Positions 1 through 12,700 of a stretch of 64,000 nucleotides of DNA are shown in pieces. Source of the stretch: Eledone cirrhosa (lineage: Eukaryota); the NCBI GenBank assembly GCA_964016885.1, contig OZ024758.1, positions 33,666,001 through 33,730,000 of the forward strand, given 5' to 3'. Each line of letters opens with the position of its first letter. The stretch's first letter is position 1. The notes under the pieces are model-generated. The model did no database searches and was not told where the DNA came from. It worked only from the letters and a program-made list of their open reading frames with translations. The translations under genes were made by a program, and so were the position numbers.

Positions 1-3000
1 TAGCTGTCAGAAGGAACTCCACTGTTGGTGAGAATTCATTTAAGTTCATGGTATTAGCTGTCAGAAGTAACTCCACTGTTGGTGAGAATTCATTTAAGTT
101 CATGGTACTAGCTGTCAGAAGTAACTCCAATGTTGGTGAGAATTCATTTAAGTTCATGGTATTAGCTGTCAGAAGTAACTCCACTGTTGGTGAGAATTCA
201 TTTAAGTCATGGTATTAGCTGTCAGAAGTAACTCCAATGTTGGTGAGAATTCATTTAAGTTCATAGTATTAGCTGTCAGAAGTAACTCCACTGTTGGTGA
301 GAATTCATTTAAGTTCATGGTATTAGCTGTCAGAAGTAACTCCACTGTTGGTGAGAATTCATTTAAGTTCATGGTACTAGCTGTCAGAAGTAACTCCACT
401 GTTGGTGAGAATTCATTTAAGTTCATGGTATTAGTTTGTCAGAAGTAACTCCACTGTTGGTGAGAATTCATTTAAGTTCATAGTATTAGCTGTCAGAAGG
501 AACGCCACTGTTGGTGAGAATTCATTTAAGTTCATGGTATTAGCTGTCAGAAGTAACTCCACTGTTGGTGAGAATTCATTTAAGTTCATGGTACTAGCTG
601 TCAGAAGTAAATCTATGTTGGTGAGAATTCATTTAAGTTCATGGTATTAGCTGTCAGAAGGAACTCCACTGTTGGTGAGAATTCATTTAAGTTCATGGTA
701 TTAGCTGTCAGAAGTAACTCCATTGTTGGTGAGAATTCATTTAAGTCATGGTACTAGCTGTCAGAAGTAACTCCACTGTTGGTGAGAATTCATTTAAGTT
801 CATGGTATTAGTTTGTCAGAAGTAACTCCACTGTTGGTGAGAATTCATTTAAGTCATGGTATTAGTTGTCAGAAGTAACTCCAATGTTGGTGAGAATTCA
901 TTTAAGTTCATGGTACTAGCTGTCAGAAGTAACTCCATTGTTGGTGAGAATTCATTTAAGTTCATGGTACTAGCTGTCAGAAGTAACTCCACTGTTGGTG
1001 AGAATTCATTTAAGTTCATGGTATTAGTTTGTCAGAAGTAACTCCACTGTTGGTGAGAATTCATTTAAGTCATGGTATTAGTTGTCAGAAGTAACTCCAA
1101 TGTTGGTGAGAATTCATTTAAGTCATGATACTAGCTGTCAGAAGTAACTCCAATGTTGGTGAGAATTCATTTAAGTTCATGGTATTAGCTGTCAGAAGGA
1201 ACTCCACTGTTGGTGAGAATTCATTTGAGTTCATGGTATTAGCTGTCAGAAGTAACTCAACTGTTGGTGAGAATTCATTTAAGTTCATGGTACTAGCTGT
1301 CAGAAGTAACTCCAATGTTGGTGAGAATTCATTTAAGTTCATGGTATTAGCTGTCAGAAGTAACTCCACTGTTGGTGAGAATTCATTTAAGTCATGGTAT
1401 TAGCTGTCAGAAGTAACTCCAATGTTGGTGAGAATTCATTTAAGTTCATGGTATTAGCTGTCAGAAGTAACTCCACTGTTGGTGAGAATTCATTTAAGTT
1501 CATGGTATTAGCTGTCAGAAGTAACTCCACTGTTGGTGAGAATTCATTTAAGTTCATGGTATTAGCTGTCAGAAGGAACTCCACTGTTGGTGAGAATTCA
1601 TTTAAGTTCATGGTACTAGCTGTCAGAAGTAACTCCACTGTTGGTGAGAATTCATTTAAGTTCATGGTATTAGCTGTCAGAAGTAACTCCACTGTTGGTG
1701 AGAATTCATTTAAGTTCATGGTATTAGCTGTCAGAAGGAACTCCAATGTTGGTGAGAATTCATTTAAGTCATGGTACTAGCTGTCAGAAGTAACTCCACT
1801 GTTGGTGAGAATTCATTTAAGTTCATGGTATTAGCTGTCAGAAGGAACGCCACTGTTGGTGAGAATTCATTTAAGTTCATGGTATTAGCTGTCAGAAGTA
1901 ACTCCACTGTTGGTGAGAATTCATTTAAGTTCATGGTACTAGCTGTCAGAAGTAACTCCAATGTTGGTGAGAATTCATTTAAGTTCATGGTATTAGCTGT
2001 CAGAAGGAACTCCACTGTTGGTGAGAATTCATTTAAGTTCATGGTATTAGCTGTCAGAAGCAACTCCACTGTTGGTGAGAATTCATTTATGTTCATGGTA
2101 CTAGTTGTCAGAAGTAACTCCACTGTTGGTGAGAATATATTTAAGTTCATGGTATTAGTTGTCAGAAGTAACTCCACTGTTGGTGAGAATTCATTTAAGT
2201 CATGGTATTAGTTGTCAGAAGTAACTCCAATGTTGGTGAGAATTCATTTAAGTTCATGGTACTAGCTGTCAGAAGTAACTCCACTGTTGGTGAGAATTCA
2301 TTTAAGTTCATGGTATTAGCTGTCAGAAGTAACTCCACTGTTGGTGAGCATTCATTTAAGTCAGGGTATTAGCTGTCAGAAGTAACTCCATTGTTGGTGA
2401 GCATTCATTTAAGTCATGGTACTAGCTGTCAGAAGTAACTCCACTGTTGGTGAGAATTCATTTAAGTTCATGGTATTAGCTGTCAGAAGTCACTCCACTG
2501 TTGGTGAGAATTCATTTAAGTTCATGGTACTAGCTGTCAGAAGTAACTCCACTGTTGGTGAGAATTCATTTAAGTTCATGGTATTAGTTTGTCAGAAGTA
2601 ACTCCACTGTTGGTGAGAATTCATTTAAGTCATGGTATTAGCTGTCAGAAGTAACTCCAATGTTGGTGAGAATTCATTTAAGTTCATGGTATTAGCTGTC
2701 AGAAGTAACTCCACTGTTGGTGAGAATTCATTTAAGTTCATGGTATTAGCTGTCAGAAGTAACTCCACTGTTGGTGAGAATTCATTTAAGTTCATGGTAT
2801 TAGCTGTCAGAAGGAACTCCACTGTTGGTGAGAATTCATTTAAGTTCATGGTACTAGCTGTCAGAAGTAACTCCACTGTTGGTGAGAATTCATTTAAGTT
2901 CATGGTATTAGCTGTCAGAAGTAACTCCACTGTAGGTGAGAATTCATTTAAGTTCATGGTATTAGCTGTCAGAAGGAACTCCAATGTTGGTGAGAATTCA

Positions 3001-6000
3001 TTTAAGTCATGGTACTAGCTGTCAGAAGTAACTCCACTGTTGGTGAGAATTCATTTAAGTTCATGGTATTAGCTGTCAGAAGGAACGCCACTGTTGTTGA
3101 GAATTCATTTAAGTTCATGGTATTAGCTGTCAGAAGTAACTCCACTGTTGGTGAGAATTCATTTAAGTTCATGGTACTACCTGTCAGAAGTAACTCCAAT
3201 GTTGGTGAGAATTCATTTAAGTTCATGGTATTAGCTGTCAGAAGGAACTCCACTGTTGGTGAGAATTCATTTAAGTTCATGGTATTAGCTGTCAGAAGTA
3301 ACTCCACTGTTGGTGAGAATTCATTTAAGTTCATGGTATTAGCTGTCAGAAGTAACTCCACTGTTGGTGAGCATTCATTTAAGTCATGGTACTAGCTGTC
3401 AGAAGTAACTCCACTGTTGGTGATAATTCATTTAAGTTCATGGTATTAGCTGTCAGAAGTCACTCCACTGTTGGTGAGAATTCATTTAAGTTCATGGTAC
3501 TAGCTGTCAGAAGTAACTCCACTGTTGGTGAGAATTCATTTAAGTTCATGGTATTAGTTTGTCAGAAGTAACTCCACTGTTGGTGAGAATTCATTTAAGT
3601 CATGGTATTAGCTGTCAGAAGTAACTCCAATGTTGGTGAGAATTCATTTAAGTTCATGGTATTAGCTGTCAGAAGTAACTCCACTGTTGGTGAGAATTCA
3701 TTTAAGTTCATGGTATTAGCTGTCAGAAGTAACTCCACTGTTGGTGAGAATTCATTTAAGTTCATGGTATTAGCTGTCAGAAGGAACTCCACTGTTGGTG
3801 AGAATTCATTTAAGTTCATGGTACTAGCTGTCAGAAGTAACTCCACTGTTGGTGAGAATTCATTTAAGTTCATGGTATTAGCTGTCAGAAGTAACTCCAC
3901 TGTAGGTGAGAATTCATTTAAGTTCATGGTATTAGCTGTCAGAAGGAACTCCAATGTTGGTGAGAATTCATTTAAGTCATGGTACTAGCTGTCAGAAGTA
4001 ACTCCACTGTTGGTGAGAATTCATTTAAGTTCATGGTATTAGCTGTCAGAAGGAACGCCACTGTTGTTGAGAATTCATTTAAGTTCATGGTATTAGCTGT
4101 CAGAAGTAACTCCACTGTTGGTGAGAATTCATTTAAGTTCATGGTACTAGCTGTCAGAAGTAACTCCAATGTTGGTGAGAATTCATTTAAGTTCATGGTA
4201 TTAGCTGTCAGAAGGAACTCCACTGTTGGTGAGAATTCATTTAAGTTCATGGTATTAGCTGTCAGAAGTAACTCCACTGTTGGTGAGAATTCATTTATGT
4301 TCATGGTACTAGTTGTCAGAAGTAACTCCACTGTTGGTGAGAATATATTTAAGTTCATGGTATTAGTTGTCAGAAGTAACTCCACTGTTGGTGAGAATTC
4401 ATTTAAGTCATGGTATTAGTTGTCAGAAGTAACTCCAATGTTGGTGAGAATTCATTTAAGTTCATGGTACTAGCTGTCAGAAGTAACTCCACTGTTGGTG
4501 AGAATTCATTTAAGTTCATGGTATTAGCTGTCAGAAGTAACTCCACTGTTGGTGAGCATTCATTTAAGTCAGGGTATTAGCTGTCAGAAGTAACTCCATT
4601 GTTGGTGAGCATTCATTTAAGTCATGGTACTAGCTGTCAGAAGTAACTCCACTGTTGGTGAGAATTCATTTAAGTTCATGGTATTAGCTGTCAGAAGTCA
4701 CTCCACTGTTGGTGAGAATTCATTTAAGTTCATGGTACTAGCTGTCAGAAGTAACTCCACTGTTGGTGAGAATTCATTTAAGTTCATGGTATTAGTTTGT
4801 CAGAAGTAACTCCACTGTTGGTGAGAATTCATTTAAGTCATGGTATTAGTTGTCAGAAGTAACTCCAATGTTGGTGAGAATTCATTTAAGTCATGGTACT
4901 AGCTGTCAGAAGTAACTCCAATGTTGGTGAGAATTCATTTAAGTTCATGGTATTAGCTGTCAGAAGGAACTCCACTGTTGGTGAGAATTCATTTAAGTTC
5001 ATGGTATTAGCTGTCAGAAGTAACTCCACTGTTGGTGAGAATTCATTTAAGTTCATGGTACTAGCTGTCAGAAGTAACTCCAATGTTGGTGAGAATTCAT
5101 TTAAGTTCATGGTATTAGCTGTCAGAAGTAACTCCACTGTTGGTGAGAATTCATTTAAGTCATGGTATTAGCTGTCAGAAGTAACTCCAATGTTGGTGAG
5201 AATTCATTTAAGTTCATGGTATTAGCTGTCAGAAGTAACTCCACTGTTGGTGAGAATTCATTTAAGTTCATGGTATTAGCTGTCAGAAGTAACTCCACTG
5301 TTGGTGAGAATTCATTTAAGTTCATGGTACTAGCTGTCAGAAGTAACTCCACTGTTGGTGGTGAGAATTCATTTAAGTTCATGGTATTAGTTTGTCAGAA
5401 GTAACTCCACTGTTGGTGAGAATTCATTTAAGTTCATAGTATTAGCTGTCAGAAGGAACGCCACTGTTGGTGAGAATTCATTTAAGTTCATGTTATTAGC
5501 TGTCAGAAGTAACTCCACTGTTGGTGAGAATTCATTTAAGTTCATGGTACTAGCTGTCAGAAGTAACTCCATTGTTGGTGAGCATTCATTTAAGTCATGG
5601 TACTAGCTGTCAGAAGTAACTCCACTGTTGGTGAGAATTCATTTAAGTTCATGGTATTAGCTGTCAGAAGTCACTCCACTGTTGGTGAGAATTCATTTAA
5701 GTTCATGGTACTAGCTGTCAGAAGTAACTCCACTGTTGGTGAGAATTCATTTAAGTTCATGGTATTAGCTGTCAGAAGTAACTCCACTGTAGGTGAGAAT
5801 TCATTTAAGTTCATGGTATTAGCTGTCAGAAGGAACTCCAATGTTGGTGAGAATTCATTTAAGTTCATGGTATTAGCTGTCAGAAGTAACTCCACTGTTG
5901 GTGAGAATTCATTTAAGTTCATGGTATTAGCTGTCAGAAGTAACTCCACTGTTGGTGAGAATTCATTTAAGTTCATGGTATTAGCTGTCAGAAGGAACTC

Positions 6001-9000
6001 CACTGTTGGTGAGAATTCATTTAAGTTCATGGTACTAGCTGTCAGAAGTAACTCCACTGTTGGTGAGAATTCATTTAAGTTCATGGTATTAGCTGTCAGA
6101 AGTAACTCCACTGTTGGTGAGAATTCATTTATGTTCATGGTACTAGTTGTCAGAAGTAACTCCACTGTTGGTGAGAATATATTTAAGTTCATGGTATTAG
6201 TTGTCAGAAGTAACTCCACTGTTGGTGAGAATTCATTTAAGTCATGGTATTAGTTGTCAGAAGTAACTCCAATGTTGGTGAGAATTCATTTAAGTTCATG
6301 GTACTAGCTGTCAGAAGTAACTCCACTGTTGGTGAGAATTCATTTAAGTTCATGGTATTAGCTGTCAGAAGTAACTCCACTGTTGGTGAGAATTCATTTA
6401 AGTCATGGTATTAGCTGTCAGAAGTAACTCCATTGTTGGTGAGCATTCATTTAAGTCATGGTACTAGCTGTCAGAAGTAACTCCACTGTTGGTGAGAATT
6501 CATTTAAGTTCATGGTATTAGCTGTCAGAAGTCACTCCACTGTTGGTGAGAATTCATTTAAGTTCATGGTACTAGCTGTCAGAAGTAACTCCACTGTTGG
6601 TGAGAATTCATTTAAGTTCATGGTATTAGTTTGTCAGAAGTAACTCCACTGTTGGTGAGAATTCATTTAAGTCATGGTATTAGTTGTCAGAAGTAACTCC
6701 AATGTTGGTGAGAATTCATTTAAGTCATGGTACTAGCTGTCAGAAGTAACTCCAATGTTGGTGAGAATTCATTTAAGTTCATGGTATTAGCTGTCAGAAG
6801 GAACTCCACTGTTGGTGAGAATTCATTTAAGTTCATGGTATTAGCTGTCAGAAGTAACTCCACTGTTGGTGAGAATTCATTTAAGTTCATGGTACTAGCT
6901 GTCAGAAGTAACTCCAATGTTGGTGAGAATTCATTTAAGTTCATGGTATTAGCTGTCAGAAGTAACTCCACTGTTGGTGAGAATTCATTTAAGTCATGGT
7001 ATTAGCTGTCAGAAGTAACTCCAATGTTGGTGAGAATTCATTTAAGTTCATAGTATTAGCTGTCAGAAGTAACTCCACTGTTGGTGAGAATTCATTTAAG
7101 TTCATGGTATTAGCTGTCAGAAGTAACTCCACTGTTGGTGAGAATTCATTTAAGTTCATGGTACTAGCTGTCAGAAGTAACTCCACTGTTGGTGAGAATT
7201 CATTTAAGTTCATGGTATTAGTTTGTCAGAAGTAACTCCACTGTTGGTGAGAATTCATTTAAGTTCATAGTATTAGCTGTCAGAAGGAACGCCACTGTTG
7301 GTGAGAATTCATTTAAGTTCATGGTATTAGCTGTCAGAAGTAACTCCACTGTTGGTGAGAATTCATTTAAGTTCATGGTACTAGCTGTCAGAAGTAAATC
7401 TATGTTGGTGAGAATTCATTTAAGTTCATGGTATTAGCTGTCAGAAGGAACTCCACTGTTGGTGAGAATTCATTTAAGTTCATGGTATTAGCTGTCAGAA
7501 GTAACTCCATTGTTGGTGAGAATTCATTTAAGTCATGGTACTAGCTGTCAGAAGTAACTCCACTGTTGGTGAGAATTCATTTAAGTTCATGGTATTAGTT
7601 TGTCAGAAGTAACTCCACTGTTGGTGAGAATTCATTTAAGTCATGGTATTAGTTGTCAGAAGTAACTCCAATGTTGGTGAGAATTCATTTAAGTTCATGG
7701 TACTAGCTGTCAGAAGTAACTCCATTGTTGGTGAGAATTCATTTAAGTTCATGGTACTAGCTGTCAGAAGTAACTCCACTGTTGGTGAGAATTCATTTAA
7801 GTTCATGGTATTAGTTTGTCAGAAGTAACTCCACTGTTGGTGAGAATTCATTTAAGTCATGGTATTAGTTGTCAGAAGTAACTCCAATGTTGGTGAGAAT
7901 TCATTTAAGTCATGATACTAGCTGTCAGAAGTAACTCCAATGTTGGTGAGAATTCATTTAAGTTCATGGTATTAGCTGTCAGAAGGAACTCCACTGTTGG
8001 TGAGAATTCATTTGAGTTCATGGTATTAGCTGTCAGAAGTAACTCAACTGTTGGTGAGAATTCATTTAAGTTCATGGTACTAGCTGTCAGAAGTAACTCC
8101 AATGTTGGTGAGAATTCATTTAAGTTCATGGTATTAGCTGTCAGAAGTAACTCCACTGTTGGTGAGAATTCATTTAAGTCATGGTATTAGCTGTCAGAAG
8201 TAACTCCAATGTTGGTGAGAATTCATTTAAGTTCATGGTATTAGCTGTCAGAAGTAACTCCACTGTTGGTGAGAATTCATTTAAGTTCATGGTATTAGCT
8301 GTCAGAAGTAACTCCACTGTTGGTGAGAATTCATTTAAGTTCATGGTATTAGCTGTCAGAAGGAACTCCACTGTTGGTGAGAATTCATTTAAGTTCATGG
8401 TACTAGCTGTCAGAAGTAACTCCACTGTTGGTGAGAATTCATTTAAGTTCATGTTATTAGCTGTCAGAAGTAACTCCACTGTTGGTGAGAATTCATTTAA
8501 GTTCATGGTATTAGCTGTCAGAAGGAACTCCAATGTTGGTGAGAATTCATTTAAGTCATGGTACTAGCTGTCAGAAGTAACTCCACTGTTGGTGAGAATT
8601 CATTTAAGTTCATGGTATTAGCTGTCAGAAGGAACGCCACTGTTGGTGAGAATTCATTTAAGTTCATGGTATTAGCTGTCAGAAGTAACTCCACTGTTGG
8701 TGAGAATTCATTTAAGTTCATGGTACTAGCTGTCAGAAGTAACTCCAATGTTGGTGAGAATTCATTTAAGTTCATGGTATTAGCTGTCAGAAGGAACTCC
8801 ACTGTTGGTGAGAATTCATTTAAGTTCATGGTATTAGCTGTCAGAAGCAACTCCACTGTTGGTGAGAATTCATTTATGTTCATGGTACTAGTTGTCAGAA
8901 GTAACTCCACTGTTGGTGAGAATATATTTAAGTTCATGGTATTAGTTGTCAGAAGTAACTCCACTGTTGGTGAGAATTCATTTAAGTCATGGTATTAGTT

Positions 9001-12000
9001 GTCAGAAGTAACTCCAATGTTGGTGAGAATTCATTTAAGTTCATGGTACTAGCTGTCAGAAGTAACTCCACTGTTGGTGAGAATTCATTTAAGTTCATGG
9101 TATTAGCTGTCAGAAGTAACTCCACTGTTGGTGAGCATTCATTTAAGTCAGGGTATTAGCTGTCAGAAGTAACTCCATTGTTGGTGAGCATTCATTTAAG
9201 TCATGGTACTAGCTGTCAGAAGTAACTCCACTGTTGGTGAGAATTCATTTAAGTTCATGGTATTAGCTGTCAGAAGTCACTCCACTGTTGGTGAGAATTC
9301 ATTTAAGTTCATGGTACTAGCTGTCAGAAGTAACTCCACTGTTGGTGAGAATTCATTTAAGTTCATGGTATTAGTTTGTCAGAAGTAACTCCACTGTTGG
9401 TGAGAATTCATTTAAGTCATGGTATTAGCTGTCAGAAGTAACTCCAATGTTGGTGAGAATTCATTTAAGTTCATGGTATTAGCTGTCAGAAGTAACTCCA
9501 CTGTTGGTGAGAATTCATTTAAGTTCATGGTATTAGCTGTCAGAAGTAACTCCACTGTTGGTGAGAATTCATTTAAGTTCATGGTATTAGCTGTCAGAAG
9601 GAACTCCACTGTTGGTGAGAATTCATTTAAGTTCATGGTACTAGCTGTCAGAAGTAACTCCACTGTTGGTGAGAATTCATTTAAGTTCATGGTATTAGCT
9701 GTCAGAAGTAACTCCACTGTAGGTGAGAATTCATTTAAGTTCATGGTATTAGCTGTCAGAAGGAACTCCAATGTTGGTGAGAATTCATTTAAGTCATGGT
9801 ACTAGCTGTCAGAAGTAACTCCACTGTTGGTGAGAATTCATTTAAGTTCATGGTATTAGCTGTCAGAAGGAACGCCACTGTTGTTGAGAATTCATTTAAG
9901 TTCATGGTATTAGCTGTCAGAAGTAACTCCACTGTTGGTGAGAATTCATTTAAGTTCATGGTACTAGCTGTCAGAAGTAACTCCAATGTTGGTGAGAATT
10001 CATTTAAGTTCATGGTATTAGCTGTCAGAAGGAACTCCACTGTTGGTGAGAATTCATTTAAGTTCATGGTATTAGCTGTCAGAAGTAACTCCACTGTTGG
10101 TGAGAATTCATTTAAGTTCATGGTATTAGCTGTCAGAAGTAACTCCACTGTTGGTGAGCATTCATTTAAGTCATGGTACTAGCTGTCAGAAGTAACTCCA
10201 CTGTTGGTGAGAATTCATTTAAGTCAGGGTATTAGCTGTCAGAAGTAACTCCATTGTTGGTGAGCATTCATTTAAGTCATGGTACTAGCTGTCAGAAGTA
10301 ACTCCACTGTTGGTGAGAATTCATTTAAGTTCATGGTACTAGCTGTCAGAAGTAACTCCACTGTTGGTGAGAATTCATTTAAGTTCATGGTATTAGTTTG
10401 TCAGAAGTAACTCCACTGTTGGTGAGAATTCATTTAAGTCATGGTATTAGCTGTCAGAAGTAACTCCAATGTTGGTGAGAATTCATTTAAGTTCATGGTA
10501 TTAGCTGTCAGAAGTAACTCCACTGTTGGTGAGAATTCATTTAAGTTCATGGTATTAGCTGTCAGAAGTAACTCCACTGTTGGTGAGAATTCATTTAAGT
10601 TCATGGTATTAGCTGTCAGAAGGAACTCCACTGTTGGTGAGAATTCATTTAAGTTCATGGTACTAGCTGTCAGAAGTAACTCCACTGTTGGTGAGAATTC
10701 ATTTAAGTTCATGGTATTAGCTGTCAGAAGTAACTCCACTGTAGGTGAGAATTCATTTAAGTTCATGGTATTAGCTGTCAGAAGGAACTCCAATGTTGGT
10801 GAGAATTCATTTAAGTCATGGTACTAGCTGTCAGAAGTAACTCCACTGTTGGTGAGAATTCATTTAAGTTCATGGTATTAGCTGTCAGAAGGAACGCCAC
10901 TGTTGTTGAGAATTCATTTAAGTTCATGGTATTAGCTGTCAGAAGTAACTCCACTGTTGGTGAGAATTCATTTAAGTTCATGGTACTAGCTGTCAGAAGT
11001 AACTCCAATGTTGGTGAGAATTCATTTAAGTTCATGGTATTAGCTGTCAGAAGGAACTCCACTGTTGGTGAGAATTCATTTAAGTTCATGGTATTAGCTG
11101 TCAGAAGTAACTCCACTGTTGGTGAGAATTCATTTATGTTCATGGTACTAGTTGTCAGAAGTAACTCCACTGTTGGTGAGAATATATTTAAGTTCATGGT
11201 ATTAGTTGTCAGAAGTAACTCCACTGTTGGTGAGAATTCATTTAAGTCATGGTATTAGTTGTCAGAAGTAACTCCAATGTTGGTGAGAATTCATTTAAGT
11301 TCATGGTACTAGCTGTCAGAAGTAACTCCACTGTTGGTGAGAATTCATTTAAGTTCATGGTATTAGCTGTCAGAAGTAACTCCACTGTTGGTGAGCATTC
11401 ATTTAAGTCAGGGTATTAGCTGTCAGAAGTAACTCCATTGTTGGTGAGCATTCATTTAAGTCATGGTACTAGCTGTCAGAAGTAACTCCACTGTTGGTGA
11501 GAATTCATTTAAGTTCATGGTATTAGCTGTCAGAAGTCACTCCACTGTTGGTGAGAATTCATTTAAGTTCATGGTACTAGCTGTCAGAAGTAACTCCACT
11601 GTTGGTGAGAATTCATTTAAGTTCATGGTATTAGTTTGTCAGAAGTAACTCCACTGTTGGTGAGAATTCATTTAAGTCATGGTATTAGTTGTCAGAAGTA
11701 ACTCCAATGTTGGTGAGAATTCATTTAAGTCATGGTACTAGCTGTCAGAAGTAACTCCAATGTTGGTGAGAATTCATTTAAGTTCATGGTATTAGCTGTC
11801 AGAAGGAACTCCACTGTTGGTGAGAATTCATTTAAGTTCATGGTATTAGCTGTCAGAAGTAACTCCACTGTTGGTGAGAATTCATTTAAGTTCATGGTAC
11901 TAGCTGTCAGAAGTAACTCCAATGTTGGTGAGAATTCATTTAAGTTCATGGTATTAGCTGTCAGAAGTAACTCCACTGTTGGTGAGAATTCATTTAAGTC

Positions 12001-12700
12001 ATGGTATTAGCTGTCAGAAGTAACTCCAATGTTGGTGAGAATTCATTTAAGTTCATGGTATTAGCTGTCAGAAGTAACTCCACTGTTGGTGAGAATTCAT
12101 TTAAGTTCATGGTATTAGCTGTCAGAAGTAACTCCACTGTTGGTGAGAATTCATTTAAGTTCATGGTACTAGCTGTCAGAAGTAACTCCACTGTTGGTGG
12201 TGAGAATTCATTTAAGTTCATGGTATTAGTTTGTCAGAAGTAACTCCACTGTTGGTGAGAATTCATTTAAGTTCATAGTATTAGCTGTCAGAAGGAACGC
12301 CACTGTTGGTGAGAATTCATTTAAGTTCATGTTATTAGCTGTCAGAAGTAACTCCACTGTTGGTGAGAATTCATTTAAGTTCATGGTACTAGCTGTCAGA
12401 AGTAACTCCATTGTTGGTGAGCATTCATTTAAGTCATGGTACTAGCTGTCAGAAGTAACTCCACTGTTGGTGAGAATTCATTTAAGTTCATGGTATTAGC
12501 TGTCAGAAGTCACTCCACTGTTGGTGAGAATTCATTTAAGTTCATGGTACTAGCTGTCAGAAGTAACTCCACTGTTGGTGAGAATTCATTTAAGTTCATG
12601 GTATTAGCTGTCAGAAGTAACTCCACTGTAGGTGAGAATTCATTTAAGTTCATGGTATTAGCTGTCAGAAGGAACTCCAATGTTGGTGAGAATTCATTTA
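1..12700. repeat. Higher-order duplication: ~1-5860 repeated at ~6788-12700 (offset 6787, then 6839)
   Basis: ORF-track pairs 202/6989, 856/7643, 1118/7905, 1764/8551 and 3002/9789 differ by 6787. Pairs 3595/10434, 4624/11463 and 5597/12436 differ by 6839. Rare shared markers: aaatctatg (~609/~7396), catgata (~1124/~7911), tttgag (~1224/~8011), agcaac (~2059/~8846). Confidence 0.93.

Noticed and set aside
48-101. No CpG in the consensus (9 TG/CA dinucleotides) as evidence of methylation-driven decay
   Set aside because: Only ~1.8 CpG are expected in one 54-mer with 8 C and 12 G, so zero is not significant. Copies are not independent observations.
48-101. Monomer derived from 27-bp or 10-bp subrepeats (TAACTCCA/TAAGTTCA 27 bp apart; TTCAT twice 10 bp apart)
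   Set aside because: The matches are short and mutually inconsistent in period, and not distinguishable from chance in AT-rich sequence.
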